Below, one piece after another: positions 17,583-26,433 of a stretch of DNA of 32,000 nt (position 1 is its first letter; every line of letters begins with the position of its first letter). Source of the stretch: an uncultured Actinomycetota bacterium. GTDB lineage: Bacteria; Actinomycetota; Actinomycetes; Actinomycetales; Dermatophilaceae. The DNA is taken from contig CAVSRM010000011.1 in NCBI GenBank assembly GCA_963730365.1, positions 179,110 through 211,109 on the forward strand, given 5' to 3'. Made by a program: the position numbers and the translations under genes. Under the pieces are notes generated by a model. It saw only the letters and a list, made by a program, of their open reading frames with translations. It was not told the DNA's origin and searched no databases.

Positions 17583-18044
17583 GTGCAGACCATCGCGGAG
17601 TACCTCCCCCAGCACCCGTTCTTCCAGGGGCTCGATGAGTCGGTGGCCGCCCTCCTCGCGGGGTGCGCGCGCAACGTGCACTTCCGCCCGGGCCAGCACC
17701 TCTTCCACGAGGGTCAGCCCGCAGACACGTTCTACGTCGTGCGGCGCGGCCGGGTCGCCCTCGAGGTGCACACTCCCGCGGGGCCGGCCGTGGTCGTGGA
17801 CACCGCCCACGAGGACGACGTCGTGGGGTGGTCCTGGATCGTGCCGCCCTACCGCTGGACCTTCGACGCCCATGCGACCGAGGAGACCAGCGCGATCGCG
17901 TTCGACGGTGCCTGCCTGCGCGAGAAGGCCGCCGCTGACCCGGCCGTCGGCTACGCGCTGATGCAGCGGGTCGTGAAGGTGATGTCCGCCCGGGTGCAGT
18001 CGGCGCGGATCCGACTCCTCGACCTCTACGGGGCCCGGACATGA
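17583..18044 (+). CDS. Stand-alone cyclic-nucleotide-binding-like (CAP effector fold) domain protein, no DNA-binding domain, 153 aa
   Basis: GTG at 17583 lies 5 nt after AAGGAG. It shows the pattern FFQGLDESVAALLAGCARNVHFRPGQHLFHEGQPADTFYVVRRGRVALEV typical of cNMP-binding beta-rolls. At 153 aa it ends before any HTH. It is coupled to hyhG by an ATGA overlap. Confidence 0.8.
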   Translation: MQTIAEYLPQHPFFQGLDESVAALLAGCARNVHFRPGQHLFHEGQPADTFYVVRRGRVALEVHTPAGPAVVVDTAHEDDVVGWSWIVPPYRWTFDAHATEETSAIAFDGACLREKAAADPAVGYALMQRVVKVMSARVQSARIRLLDLYGART

Positions 18045-18904
18045 CCACGTCGACCGGCCGCGTCACCGGCACGCCCCCGCTGGAGGACCCCTTCCTGCCG
18101 CGCCGGTTCGTCGTCGGGCGCCGGCGCCAGGACACCCGCGACACGTACACCCTGGTGCTCGACCCGGTCGACGGTGTTCCGCTGACCTTCGCACCCGGCC
18201 AGTTCACGATGATGCTCGCCTTCGGCGTGGGGGAGGCCCCCATCTCCATCAGCGGTGACCCGGCCCATCCGGAACGGCTCGAGCACACGGTCCGCGACGT
18301 CGGCGCCGTGACGGGCTCGCTGGTGCGGGCCGCGCCGGGCACCGAGCTCGGCATCCGGGGTCCGTTCGGCACCGGCTGGGAGGTGGCCTCGGGCCGCGGC
18401 GGCGACGTCGTGTTCGTCGCCGGTGGCATCGGGCTCGCACCCCTGCGCCCGGCCGTCCTCGAGGTGTGCGCCTCACGGTCCGACTACGGACGGGTGCTGC
18501 TCCTCTACGGCGCGCGGACTCCGGAGGACGTCCTCTTCGGCGACGACCTCCAGCGGTGGGGCCGCGACCACGAGATCGACGTCCAGGTGACGGTCGACAA
18601 CGGCCAGCACGCCTGGCGGGGCCGGGTCGGCCTGGTCACCCAGCTCATCGCCCGGGGTGGGTTCGATGCGACGAACACCCTGGCTCTCGTCTGCGGGCCC
18701 GAGGTGATGATGCGGTATGCCGGGGCGGCGCTGGCCGAGCGCGGCGTGCCCCCCACCCGGCTGCGGCTGTCGATGGAGCGCAACATGATGTGCGGTGTCG
18801 GCCTGTGCGGCCACTGCCAGCTGCGCGAGCTGTTCATCTGCGTCGACGGCCCGGTGCTCACCTACGACGTGCTCGAACCCCTCATGGCCAGAGCGGAGCT
18901 GTAG
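18041..18904 (+). CDS. hyhG: [NiFe]-hydrogenase group 3b gamma-type subunit (AsrB-like FAD/NAD(P)-binding oxidoreductase with C-terminal [2Fe-2S]), 287 aa
   Basis: Ferredoxin-reductase-like blocks ([44 protein letters not shown]). C-terminal [11 protein letters not shown]...C cluster motif. Confidence 0.85.
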   Translation: MTTSTGRVTGTPPLEDPFLPRRFVVGRRRQDTRDTYTLVLDPVDGVPLTFAPGQFTMMLAFGVGEAPISISGDPAHPERLEHTVRDVGAVTGSLVRAAPGTELGIRGPFGTGWEVASGRGGDVVFVAGGIGLAPLRPAVLEVCASRSDYGRVLLLYGARTPEDVLFGDDLQRWGRDHEIDVQVTVDNGQHAWRGRVGLVTQLIARGGFDATNTLALVCGPEVMMRYAGAALAERGVPPTRLRLSMERNMMCGVGLCGHCQLRELFICVDGPVLTYDVLEPLMARAEL

Positions 18905-18906
18905 CG

Positions 18907-19758
18907 ATGTCCTTCACCGAGAGCCACGACCTGCTTCCCGCCGGCACCACGCGGAGGCGACCGACGCTGGCCGTGTGGAAGTTCGCCTCCTGTGACGGCT
19001 GCCAGCTGACCCTCCTCAACTGTGAGGACGAGCTGATGGCCGTGGCGGGGCTCGTGGAGATCGCCTACTTCCCCGAGGCGACCCGCGCCGTGGTCGAGGG
19101 GCCCTACGACGTCTCCCTCGTCGAGGGCTCGATCACGACCCCGGGCGACCTCGAGCGCATCCAGCAGGTCCGCGAGGTGTCCCACCGGCTCGTCACGATC
19201 GGTGCGTGCGCCACCTCCGGCGGCATCCAGGCGCTGCGCAACTTCGGTGACGTCGCCGAGTTCCGCTCCATCGTCTACGCGCACCCCGAGTACCTCTCGA
19301 CGCTGTCCCGGGCGACTCCGATCTCCGCCCACGTCGCGGTGGACTTCGAGCTGCGGGGATGCCCGGTGGACAAGCACCAGCTGCTCGAGGTGCTCGCCGC
19401 ATCCATCCAGGGCCGACGACCCCACATCTCCTCGCACAGCGTGTGCGTGGAGTGCAAGCGACGCGGCACCGTCTGCGTCACGGTCGCTCAGGGCACGCCG
19501 TGCCTCGGGCCGGTGACCCAGGCGGGCTGCGGCGCGCTGTGCCCGACCTTCGAGCGGGGCTGCTACGGCTGCTTCGGGCCCCAGGACACCCCGAACACCT
19601 CGGGCATCGCCGCCCGGCTCACCGAGCTGGGCATGGGCGAGGACGAGGTGATGCGGGTCTTCCGGACCTTCAACGCCGCGGCGGAGCCGTTCCGGCGGGA
19701 GAGCGAGCGGCACGAGCCGGCGAAGCGGGCGGGAACCACCGAGGAGGCGGGCCGATGA
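18907..19758 (+). CDS. hyhS: [NiFe]-hydrogenase small (delta-type) subunit, 283 aa
   Basis: ATG at 18907 is 2 nt after the hyhG stop. N-terminal [23 protein letters not shown]. Further blocks: [19 protein letters not shown], and the distal cluster [12 protein letters not shown]...[27 protein letters not shown]. Confidence 0.85.
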   Translation: MSFTESHDLLPAGTTRRRPTLAVWKFASCDGCQLTLLNCEDELMAVAGLVEIAYFPEATRAVVEGPYDVSLVEGSITTPGDLERIQQVREVSHRLVTIGACATSGGIQALRNFGDVAEFRSIVYAHPEYLSTLSRATPISAHVAVDFELRGCPVDKHQLLEVLAASIQGRRPHISSHSVCVECKRRGTVCVTVAQGTPCLGPVTQAGCGALCPTFERGCYGCFGPQDTPNTSGIAARLTELGMGEDEVMRVFRTFNAAAEPFRRESERHEPAKRAGTTEEAGR

Positions 19759-21065
19759 CGCACAAGCTCACCGACGGAGGTCAGGTCATGCACGTGGGCA
19801 CCCTGGCCCGCGTCGAGGGGGAGGGGGCGATGCACATCGAGTACCGCGACGGCGTCGTCTCACAGGTGCAGCTGCGCATCTACGAGCCCCCGAGGTTCTA
19901 CGAGGCGTTCCTGCGGGGCCGGGCGCACACGGAGCCACCGGACATCACCGCGAGGATCTGCGGAATCTGTCCGGTGGCCTACCAGACGAGCGCCTGCTGG
20001 GCGGTCGAGGACGCCTGCGGTGTCGAGGTGACCGAGCAGATCCGGGCGATGCGCAGGCTGTTGTACTGCGGCGAGTGGGTCGAGAGCCACGCCCTGCACA
20101 TCTTCCTGCTCCACGCCCCCGACTTCCTCGGCTACGACGGCGCCATCGAGATGGCGGCCGACCATCCCCAGGTCGTCGAACGAGGGCTGCGCATCAAGAA
20201 GGCCGGCAACGACCTCATGGAGGTCGTCGGCGGCCGCTCGATCCACCCCGTCAACGTCCGGGTCGGCGGCTTCTACCGGATGCCGACCCGTGAGGAGCTC
20301 CGGGCGGTGCGCGGCCGCCTCGAGCGCGCGCTCGAGGATGCGCTGGCGACGGTGCACCTCGTCGCCGGGTTCGACTTTCCCGACATGGAGCAGCCCTACG
20401 AGTACCTGTCGCTGCGGCCGGAGAGCGGGTACCCCATCGAGGCCGGCAGCGTCGTCACGTCGTCGGGCGGGGCCTTCCCCGTGCGTGACGTCGGCGAGCA
20501 CATCCGCGAGTTCCACGTCGAGCACTCCAACGCCCTGCACGCCCGCCTCGACGGGTCGCTGGAGCCCTACTCCGTCGGGCCGCTCGCCCGGTACTCCCTG
20601 AACTCGGACCGGCTCTCCTCACTGTCGAAGGAGGCGGCTGCGGATGCCGGGCTCGGCCCGACCTGCCGGAACCCGTTCCGGTCGATCGTCGTCCGGGGTG
20701 TCGAGCTCGTCGAGGCCCTCGTCGAGGCGTTGCGGATCATCGACGGCTGGACCGACGGTTCCGTGCCGAGTGTCCCCGTGCCGCCGCGGGCCGGGGAGGG
20801 CTTCGGCGCCAGCGAGGCCCCGCGCGGCACCCTCTTCCACCGCTACGTCCTCGACGAGGGTGGGATCATCCGGGACGCGCAGATCATCCCGCCCACGTCG
20901 CAGAACCAGCGCAGTGTCGAAGCCGACCTGCGCACGATGGTCCAGGCCTGGTCGGGGCTCGACGACCACGCCCTCCAGCACCGCTGCGAGCAGGCCATCC
21001 GCAACTACGACCCGTGCATCTCCTGCGCGACCCACTTCCTCGACCTCACCGTGGACCGACGATGA
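19755..21065 (+). CDS. hyhL: [NiFe]-hydrogenase large subunit, group 3 type, 436 aa
   Basis: ATG at 19755 (ATGA overlap, GAGGAGG upstream). Blocks: LARVEGEG, the N-terminal Ni-binding motif [10 protein letters not shown], and the C-terminal DPCISCATH followed by a short cleavable tail FLDLTVDRR. Confidence 0.92.
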   Translation: MTHKLTDGGQVMHVGTLARVEGEGAMHIEYRDGVVSQVQLRIYEPPRFYEAFLRGRAHTEPPDITARICGICPVAYQTSACWAVEDACGVEVTEQIRAMRRLLYCGEWVESHALHIFLLHAPDFLGYDGAIEMAADHPQVVERGLRIKKAGNDLMEVVGGRSIHPVNVRVGGFYRMPTREELRAVRGRLERALEDALATVHLVAGFDFPDMEQPYEYLSLRPESGYPIEAGSVVTSSGGAFPVRDVGEHIREFHVEHSNALHARLDGSLEPYSVGPLARYSLNSDRLSSLSKEAAADAGLGPTCRNPFRSIVVRGVELVEALVEALRIIDGWTDGSVPSVPVPPRAGEGFGASEAPRGTLFHRYVLDEGGIIRDAQIIPPTSQNQRSVEADLRTMVQAWSGLDDHALQHRCEQAIRNYDPCISCATHFLDLTVDRR

Positions 21066-21592
21066 GCCCGGGCAGGGTCCTCGTGGTCGGGCTCGGGAGC
21101 CCCGACCGGGGCGACGACGCCGTCGGCCTGCACGTCGCCCGGGGCATCGCCGCGCAGGGGGACCCGTGGGTGGAGGTCGTCGAGCACGGTGACCCCACTG
21201 ACCTGGTCGAGCTCTGGAGGGACCGCGAGCGGGTCGTGGTCGTGGACGCCGTCCGCTCGGCCGGCAGTGTCCCACCGGGAACGCTCACGCTGCTCGAGAC
21301 CGGTGCCGGCCTCGATCCCTGGACCGACGGTGCGTGGGAGCAGACCGGCCGCGGCGGCACCCACGCCTTCGGGCTCGCCACGGCCGTCGAGCTGGCCCGG
21401 GCCCTGCACCGCCTTCCGGGCCACCTCACGGTGCTCGGCGTCGAGGCGGCGGGCTTCGCGCAGGGTGCGCCGCTGTCGCCGCCCGTCGCGGCTGCGGTTC
21501 CCGCCGCGGTCGGCGCCGTGCTCGACGTCGTCGCGGACGCGTTCGCCACCCCGGTCACCTACGAGAGGGGATGGGCCGATGTGCCTCGGTGA
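21062..21592 (+). CDS. Hydrogenase maturation endopeptidase (HycI/HoxW/HyaD family), 176 aa
   Basis: ATGA overlap with hyhL. Blocks: VLVVGLGSPDRGDDAVG, VVVDAV, GGTHAFGL. Confidence 0.85.
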   Translation: MSPGRVLVVGLGSPDRGDDAVGLHVARGIAAQGDPWVEVVEHGDPTDLVELWRDRERVVVVDAVRSAGSVPPGTLTLLETGAGLDPWTDGAWEQTGRGGTHAFGLATAVELARALHRLPGHLTVLGVEAAGFAQGAPLSPPVAAAVPAAVGAVLDVVADAFATPVTYERGWADVPR

Positions 21593-21953
21593 GATCGCCC
21601 GGGTGGTGGAGGTCGGGCCGGAGCGCACGGCCCTGGTCCGCTCGCCGCAGCGGGACTCCCGGGTGTCGCTGCTGACCCTCGACGGACCGGTCGCCATGGG
21701 GGAGTGGCTGGTCTGCCACTCCGGCTTCGCGCTCGGCCGGGTCTCGGCGGAGGAGGCCCGCGCCGCGTCCTCCATCCGGGCCACGACCGGCACCGTCGCC
21801 GGCTCCGCCCCAACGACGTCTCCCGGCGTGACCTCCACCGCAGCGACCGCCGCTGCGGCGACCCGCACCGCAGCGACCGCCACAGCCCCGACCTCCGCTA
21901 CCGAGGCGGGGCCTGCCGCACCCCCTGTCATGACGAGGAAGGACCCACCATGA
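21579..21953 (+). CDS. hypC: HypC/HybG/HupF-family hydrogenase chaperone with an atypical roughly 55-aa Thr/Ala/Pro-rich C-terminal extension, 124 aa
   Basis: It starts MCLGEIARVVEV (obligatory N-terminal Met-Cys) and contains GEWLVCHSGFALGRVSAEEA. It overlaps the protease stop by 14 nt and the next gene by ATGA. Confidence 0.8.
   Translation: MCLGEIARVVEVGPERTALVRSPQRDSRVSLLTLDGPVAMGEWLVCHSGFALGRVSAEEARAASSIRATTGTVAGSAPTTSPGVTSTAATAAAATRTAATATAPTSATEAGPAAPPVMTRKDPP
21836..21881 (+). repeat. 16-bp direct repeat CACCGCAGCGACCGCC x2 with 30-bp period inside the hypC tail
   Basis: Copies at 21836-21851 and 21866-21881, read directly. They encode (S)TAATA.../(R)TAATA... Confidence 0.7.
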
Positions 21954-22879
21954 ACGCAACGCGACGCACCGGCATCCTGCTGGCCCTGATCACGGCGGCC
22001 ATCAGCGGGGTCGCGGTGTTCCTCAACTCCTTCGGCGTGAGGGCCTTCGGCAGCGCAACGGTCTACACGTCGGCCAAGAACCTCGTCGCCGCCGGGGTGC
22101 TCCTCGCCGTGGTCATGCTCGGCGCCCGCCACGGCGCGCGGCTGACCCGTCCCACCGGCCGGAGGCAGTGGCTGGCCCTGGTGTCGATCGGGATCATCGG
22201 CGGCAGCGTGCCGTTCGTGCTGTTCTTCGAGGGGCTGGCCCAGGCCTCCTCCCCGCAGGCGGCCTTCATCCACAAGACGCTCCTGCTCTGGGTGGCGCTG
22301 CTGGCGATCCCGTTCCTCGGTGAGCGGCTCCAGTGGGGACACTGGCTGGCCATCGGGCTCCTCGTCGTGGGCCAGGTGGGCCTGGCCGGTGGGCTGCCGA
22401 GCGCGTTCGGGGTGCCCGGGGCGCTGATCCTCGCCGCCACGGTGCTGTGGTCCGTCGAGGTCGTCGTGGCCAAGAGGCTGCTCGCCGACGTCTCGTCGTG
22501 GACGGTCGGGCTGGCAAGGATGGGGCTGGGGTCGGTGGCCCTGCTCGGCTGGCTCGCCGTGCGCGGTCAGCTCGCTGGCCTGTTCACGATGACGGCCGCA
22601 CAGGCCGGGTGGGCGCTGCTCACCGGCATGTTGCTCGCCGGCTACGTGGGCACCTGGTTCGCGGCCCTGTCGCGGGCGCAGGCACTCGACGTCACCGCCG
22701 TGCTCGTCCTTGCCGCCCCCGTCACGGCCGGCCTCAACGCGGCGGTGAACGGGGTCTCCCTCGCCCCTCAGGCGGCGTGGCTCGCGATGCTCCTGCTCGG
22801 CGGGGCGATGGTGGTCTGGCTCGCTGGCAGACGCACCGCCGTGGATGCCGGGCCCGCCCTGGCGGATGCGGGCGGCTAG
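21950..22879 (+). CDS. EamA/DMT-superfamily transporter (10 TM), 309 aa
   Basis: ATG at 21950 in an ATGA overlap with hypC. It has two EamA-like halves (MNATRRTGILLALITAAISGVAVFLN... and ...GALILAATVLWSVEVVVAKRLL...). Confidence 0.8.
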   Translation: MNATRRTGILLALITAAISGVAVFLNSFGVRAFGSATVYTSAKNLVAAGVLLAVVMLGARHGARLTRPTGRRQWLALVSIGIIGGSVPFVLFFEGLAQASSPQAAFIHKTLLLWVALLAIPFLGERLQWGHWLAIGLLVVGQVGLAGGLPSAFGVPGALILAATVLWSVEVVVAKRLLADVSSWTVGLARMGLGSVALLGWLAVRGQLAGLFTMTAAQAGWALLTGMLLAGYVGTWFAALSRAQALDVTAVLVLAAPVTAGLNAAVNGVSLAPQAAWLAMLLLGGAMVVWLAGRRTAVDAGPALADAGG

Positions 22880-22883
22880 GGCG

Positions 22884-23654
22884 ATGCCCTCGCCGATCAG
22901 CGGTGCGCTGCGGTTCGCGGCCTACGCCTACCCCCCGAACGCCCTGGGTTACTGCGGCCCGGACGCGTCGCACCAGCTCCTCGAGCAGGTGGCCGCCGGC
23001 GTCGACGACCCGGACCTGCGCGGGCTAGCGCGTGGCTTCGAGGGTGCCTGGCCCTATCTGGAGCTCATCGCCGCCGCCAACGGGATCGGTGACGCCCTCG
23101 ACCCCCGCGTCGTCGAGGCCTACTGGGTCGGAAACGACCTGCTCCGCCAGGTCGGGCCCCGGCTGATGGGCGACTCCCTCGAGAGCCGGTTCCGCTCCCG
23201 GGCCGGGAGGTCCTGGCCCAGGATGGTCGACGCCGTGCCGGCGGGCGCGTTGCCGCACCACTCGTTCCACGTGTTCGGGGTCTACCCCTGGCTCGGCCTG
23301 TTGCGGGAGGGACGGGTCGAGGAGCCGCTCCACGTGCTCGACCGTTGCCGGGTCCGCTGGGGACAGGTCGTGTCGGTGTGCGGGGCCACGGCAGTCGTCC
23401 GGGCCCGGCCCCTGCGGTGGGACGGCCACCGATTGTTCCTCGCCGATGCGCACGACGAGGTGGCGGTGCTGCACCACGACGGTCACGCCCTCGCGGGCGC
23501 GGTTCGGGCCGGGGACTGGTGCTCGCTGCACTGGGACTGGGTCTGTGAGCGTCTCAGCCCGAGGCAGCTTGCCGACCTCGTGGGCCACACGCGGCGCCAG
23601 CTCCGGGTCGCCAACGGCACGCCGTTCCCCGCCCCGGCCGCGGTGCTCGCCTGA
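22884..23654 (+). CDS. Conserved hypothetical protein, DUF6390-like (family name from memory), with a HypC-like C-terminal segment, 256 aa
   Basis: ATG at 22884 is 4 nt after the EamA stop; the alternatives 22866 and 22845 would overlap it. N-terminal LRFAAYAYPPNALGYCGPD block. C-terminal RVRWGQVVSVCGATAVVRA...VRAGDWCSLHWDWVCERLS resembles the HypC OB-fold pattern. Confidence 0.6.
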   Translation: MPSPISGALRFAAYAYPPNALGYCGPDASHQLLEQVAAGVDDPDLRGLARGFEGAWPYLELIAAANGIGDALDPRVVEAYWVGNDLLRQVGPRLMGDSLESRFRSRAGRSWPRMVDAVPAGALPHHSFHVFGVYPWLGLLREGRVEEPLHVLDRCRVRWGQVVSVCGATAVVRARPLRWDGHRLFLADAHDEVAVLHHDGHALAGAVRAGDWCSLHWDWVCERLSPRQLADLVGHTRRQLRVANGTPFPAPAAVLA

Positions 23655-23758
23655 CGCCCTCACGCGCGTCCCGCCCTGGTACGGGTGCCGCGTCGTCCAC
23701 GGGTGTTCCGCTGTGCATCTCCGCGCAGCGACCGCCATCCTTCACGGCCGATCCCGTG

Positions 23759-23776
23759 CGCTCACGCCGTTGAGCG
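23759..23776. terminator. Hairpin CGCTCA-cgccgt-TGAGCG between convergent genes
   Basis: 6-bp stem read directly. It lies between the stop at 23654 (+) and the stop at 23805 (-). Confidence 0.25.
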
Positions 23777-23804
23777 TGCCCCGCACCTGCTGGGTGGTTC
23801 CCCG

Positions 23805-24278
23805 CTACCGCCGCTCGGCAAGAGAGCGGATCCAGGGCATCACCGCAGTGGGATACAGGGGCAAGGGCTCCCTCGTGTCGTCGAAGGAGCGCCAGACGAC
23901 CGGCACGACGCTGCCATCGCTCTCCGTCAGGACGGCGTTCCTGGCAGCGGGCTGAGGATCGAGTCGGCCTGAGTACACGAACACGATTTCGTGCGCAGTC
24001 ACCCCATCGATCCGGAAGATGTTCTCCACGCTGGCCAGGAAGGCAGGGTTCTGGACCGTGGCTCCGAGCTCCTCGTCGACCTCGCGCAGGACCGCGTCGT
24101 GATGGCTCTCGCCGAACTCGACGCCCCCGCCGACGAGGCGGTGATAGCCGTGCGGGTTCTCAGTGGTCGGGGCGTTGAGGGTGACGGCATGGGCGGTGAG
24201 GTCATCGTTCGGCGCGATCAGCATCACCTTGACCCGGATGGAGCATCGATCTGCCGACACCCGGTCCAGCCTAGCCAT
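23805..24278 (-). CDS. NUDIX hydrolase, 157 aa
   Basis: Nudix box GGGVEFGESHHDAVLREVDEELG (GX5EX7REUXEEXGU). Confidence 0.85.
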   Translation of the reverse strand: MARLDRVSADRCSIRVKVMLIAPNDDLTAHAVTLNAPTTENPHGYHRLVGGGVEFGESHHDAVLREVDEELGATVQNPAFLASVENIFRIDGVTAHEIVFVYSGRLDPQPAARNAVLTESDGSVVPVVWRSFDDTREPLPLYPTAVMPWIRSLAERR

Positions 24279-24340
24279 CGACCGAGCGCCTGCAACGAGA
24301 TTCGCTTGCGAGGCCGGGAGCGCAGGGACAGGCTCGGGGC

Positions 24341-25087
24341 ATGACGTCGAGTGACCTGTGGGACGTGGACGCCGCCACCCGGGTACGACGATCCGTCCTC
24401 ACGCATGTTCAGCCCTGAGATCCTCGAGCCGACCGTCGACTTCCTTGCCAGCCTCGCCGGAGATGGGCCAGCGCTGGAGTTCGCGATCGGAACCGGACGC
24501 GTTGCCATCCCCCTTGCCGAGCGCGGCGTGCCCGTGAGCGGCATCGAACTCTCGGAGCCGATGGTCGACCAGCTCCGCCGCAAGACATGCGCCCTGGACA
24601 TTCCTGTCGAGGTCGGCGACATGGCCACCACCGTGGTTGCCAATGAATACGCGCTGGTGTACCTGGTCTTCACCACCATCGGAAACCCGAGGACCCAGGA
24701 AGAGCAGGTCGACTGCTTCCGCAACGCCGCCCGGCACCTCGCGCCCGGAGGTCACTTCGTGATCGAGCTCGGGGTTCCCACACTACGCCGCTTCCCCCGG
24801 GCCAGAGTGCCGTGCCTTTCGAGGTCAGCACCCAGCACACCGGCGTGGACACCTACGACATGACCACGCAGCAGGGAACGTCACACCACTACACCCGGGC
24901 GGAGGACGGAACCTACCGATACTCCACGAGCAACTTCCGCTACATCTGGCCGGCCGAGTGCGACCTCATGGCCCGGCTGGCGGGCTTGGAGCTCACCGGT
25001 CGTTGGTCAGACTGGCACCGGTGCCCGTTCACGGCGGAGAGCACGAGCCACGTCTCGGTGTGGACTCGACCGGCGGCAACCACCTGA
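24341..25087 (+). pseudogene. Class I SAM-dependent methyltransferase disrupted by two single-base indels (or assembly homopolymer errors)
   Basis: Three consecutive frames carry one colinear protein. They read MTSSDLWDVDAATR (24341 frame), then YDDPSSRMFSPEILEPTVDFL...LEFAIGTGRVAIPLAERG...FVIELGVPTLRRFP (24351 frame), then PGQSAVPFEVSTQHTGVDTYD...SVWTRP (24812 frame). The shifts fall at the GGG run 24381-24383 and the C5 run 24794-24798. Confidence 0.7.
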
Positions 25088-25132
25088 CGCGGAGTGGGTG
25101 CGTTGGGGTCCTCAGCGAGCTCCGGTCCGCTC

Positions 25133-25148
25133 GTCAGCCGCTGCTGAC
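25133..25148. terminator. Hairpin GTCAGC-cgct-GCTGAC between convergent ORFs
   Basis: 6-bp perfect stem read directly. Confidence 0.25.
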
Positions 25149-25151
25149 GTA

Positions 25152-25454
25152 TCAGTCGCCGCCCACGGCGGCGATGAAGCTCAGCCACAGCAGGCTGAGG
25201 AGGCCAACCAGGAGGAGAGAGATCATCACCGGTCGGTCCCAACGGCGAAGGAACGCGAAGATGAGCGTCAGGGCGATGCCCGGAAAGGGGAGCAGCACCG
25301 TGGCAGCGACACCGACCGCGGGGCCACCACCGCTGGCCGATCTCTCCAACCGCCCCTCGCGGCGGCGGCGGACGCCTGAACGGTGGGGAACGTGTCGGGA
25401 CAGCCGAACCGGCCCGACTCCCGGTGAGGAGCGGGCCGGTTCCAGGTGTCCCAC
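25152..25454 (-). CDS. Possible small membrane protein; only the C-terminal about 48 aa look genuine and the start is uncertain (GTG 25298 or GTG 25454)
   Basis: The C-terminus VLLPFPGIALTLIFAFLRRWDRPVMISLLLVGLLSLLWLSFIAAVGGD forms two hydrophobic helices with mostly G/C third positions. The N-terminal half is Arg/Gly-rich and dubious. Confidence 0.3.
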   Translation of the reverse strand: MGHLEPARSSPGVGPVRLSRHVPHRSGVRRRREGRLERSASGGGPAVGVAATVLLPFPGIALTLIFAFLRRWDRPVMISLLLVGLLSLLWLSFIAAVGGD

Positions 25455-25494
25455 GGAGCGGTCGGGACCTATTGTCCTCCCCGGCGGGCGTGCG

Positions 25495-26367
25495 TCAGTG
25501 GTTCGGATGGGTCTTTCCGTCGGAAGCGAAGAAGGAGACGCAGTCGCCCTGGTTCTTGAAGGTCGGGCTCGTGGAGGTCATCCACCCGCCGTCCTTGCAC
25601 TGGTCCTTGCCCGCGAGCGTGACTGCGTGTTCGAGGTCGTACGCGGTCGTGTCGCCGTTCAGTCCCAGCGTCAGGGCGTCCGCGTTGCCGCTGAACGTGC
25701 CCGCCGGCCCTTTACCGACGTTCACACCGAACGAGAGGATGACGGCGTCAGGGTTTGCCGCCTGGATCTCGGCAAGCGACACGAAGTGGTCGAACGCCGG
25801 AAGGTCCGGAATGGTGCGGGTCGACCACCAGCCACCGGTGTACGAGGAGCTGGTGTGGCCGAGTGCGTTCCACGTCTGCCAGGTGTCGTTCACGACCGGG
25901 TTGTTCGTGTTGGCCGTGGTGCCGTAGGCGTAGACGGGCTCCCAGACCAGGGTCGTGTACGTGTCACAGGTCCCGCCGGATACACCTCCGGCGCAGATCT
26001 CCATGTTCAGTGACGGGGCGACGTTGCCGGGCATCGTGGATGAACTTGCCCGGTAGGTCGCGTAGCTGACGGCGTTGACCGCGCTCAGCGGCTGCCCGAA
26101 CACGGTGCCCGTGGACAGGGTGACCTTGCCGTCGTCGGGGACGTTGAACTCGAAGCTACCCGTGCCCATCGGCGGAGTCGACGGGCCGTTGACGAAGGCC
26201 CCGCTGGCGCCGCCCGACGCGGACAGGGTCCATCCGTCGCCGAGGCTGTCTTCGTTCACGGTCACGGTCGTGGTGTTTACGGCAGATGCCGGTCCAGCGA
26301 CCCCGACCAGCCCCGCCACTGCGACCGCGATGACGGCCAGATATGAGCTTTTGCTCAAGGTTCTCAC
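25495..26367 (-). CDS. Secreted protein of unknown function with a Sec signal peptide, 290 aa
   Basis: GTG at 26367 follows AGGGAAAG. Signal peptide: RTLSKSSYLAVIAVAVAGLVGVAGPASA/VNT. The mature part is Thr/Gly/Asn-rich and ends in a Cys-pair motif, KDQCKDGGWMTSTSPTFKNQGDCVSFF. G+C is somewhat lower than in the core genes. Confidence 0.75.
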   Translation of the reverse strand: MRTLSKSSYLAVIAVAVAGLVGVAGPASAVNTTTVTVNEDSLGDGWTLSASGGASGAFVNGPSTPPMGTGSFEFNVPDDGKVTLSTGTVFGQPLSAVNAVSYATYRASSSTMPGNVAPSLNMEICAGGVSGGTCDTYTTLVWEPVYAYGTTANTNNPVVNDTWQTWNALGHTSSSYTGGWWSTRTIPDLPAFDHFVSLAEIQAANPDAVILSFGVNVGKGPAGTFSGNADALTLGLNGDTTAYDLEHAVTLAGKDQCKDGGWMTSTSPTFKNQGDCVSFFASDGKTHPNH

Positions 26368-26433
26368 TTCTTTCCCTATGAAGACGCGGAGGGTTGGATG
26401 CCCACGCCCGGCACCTCTGCCCCCTGCTGATGA

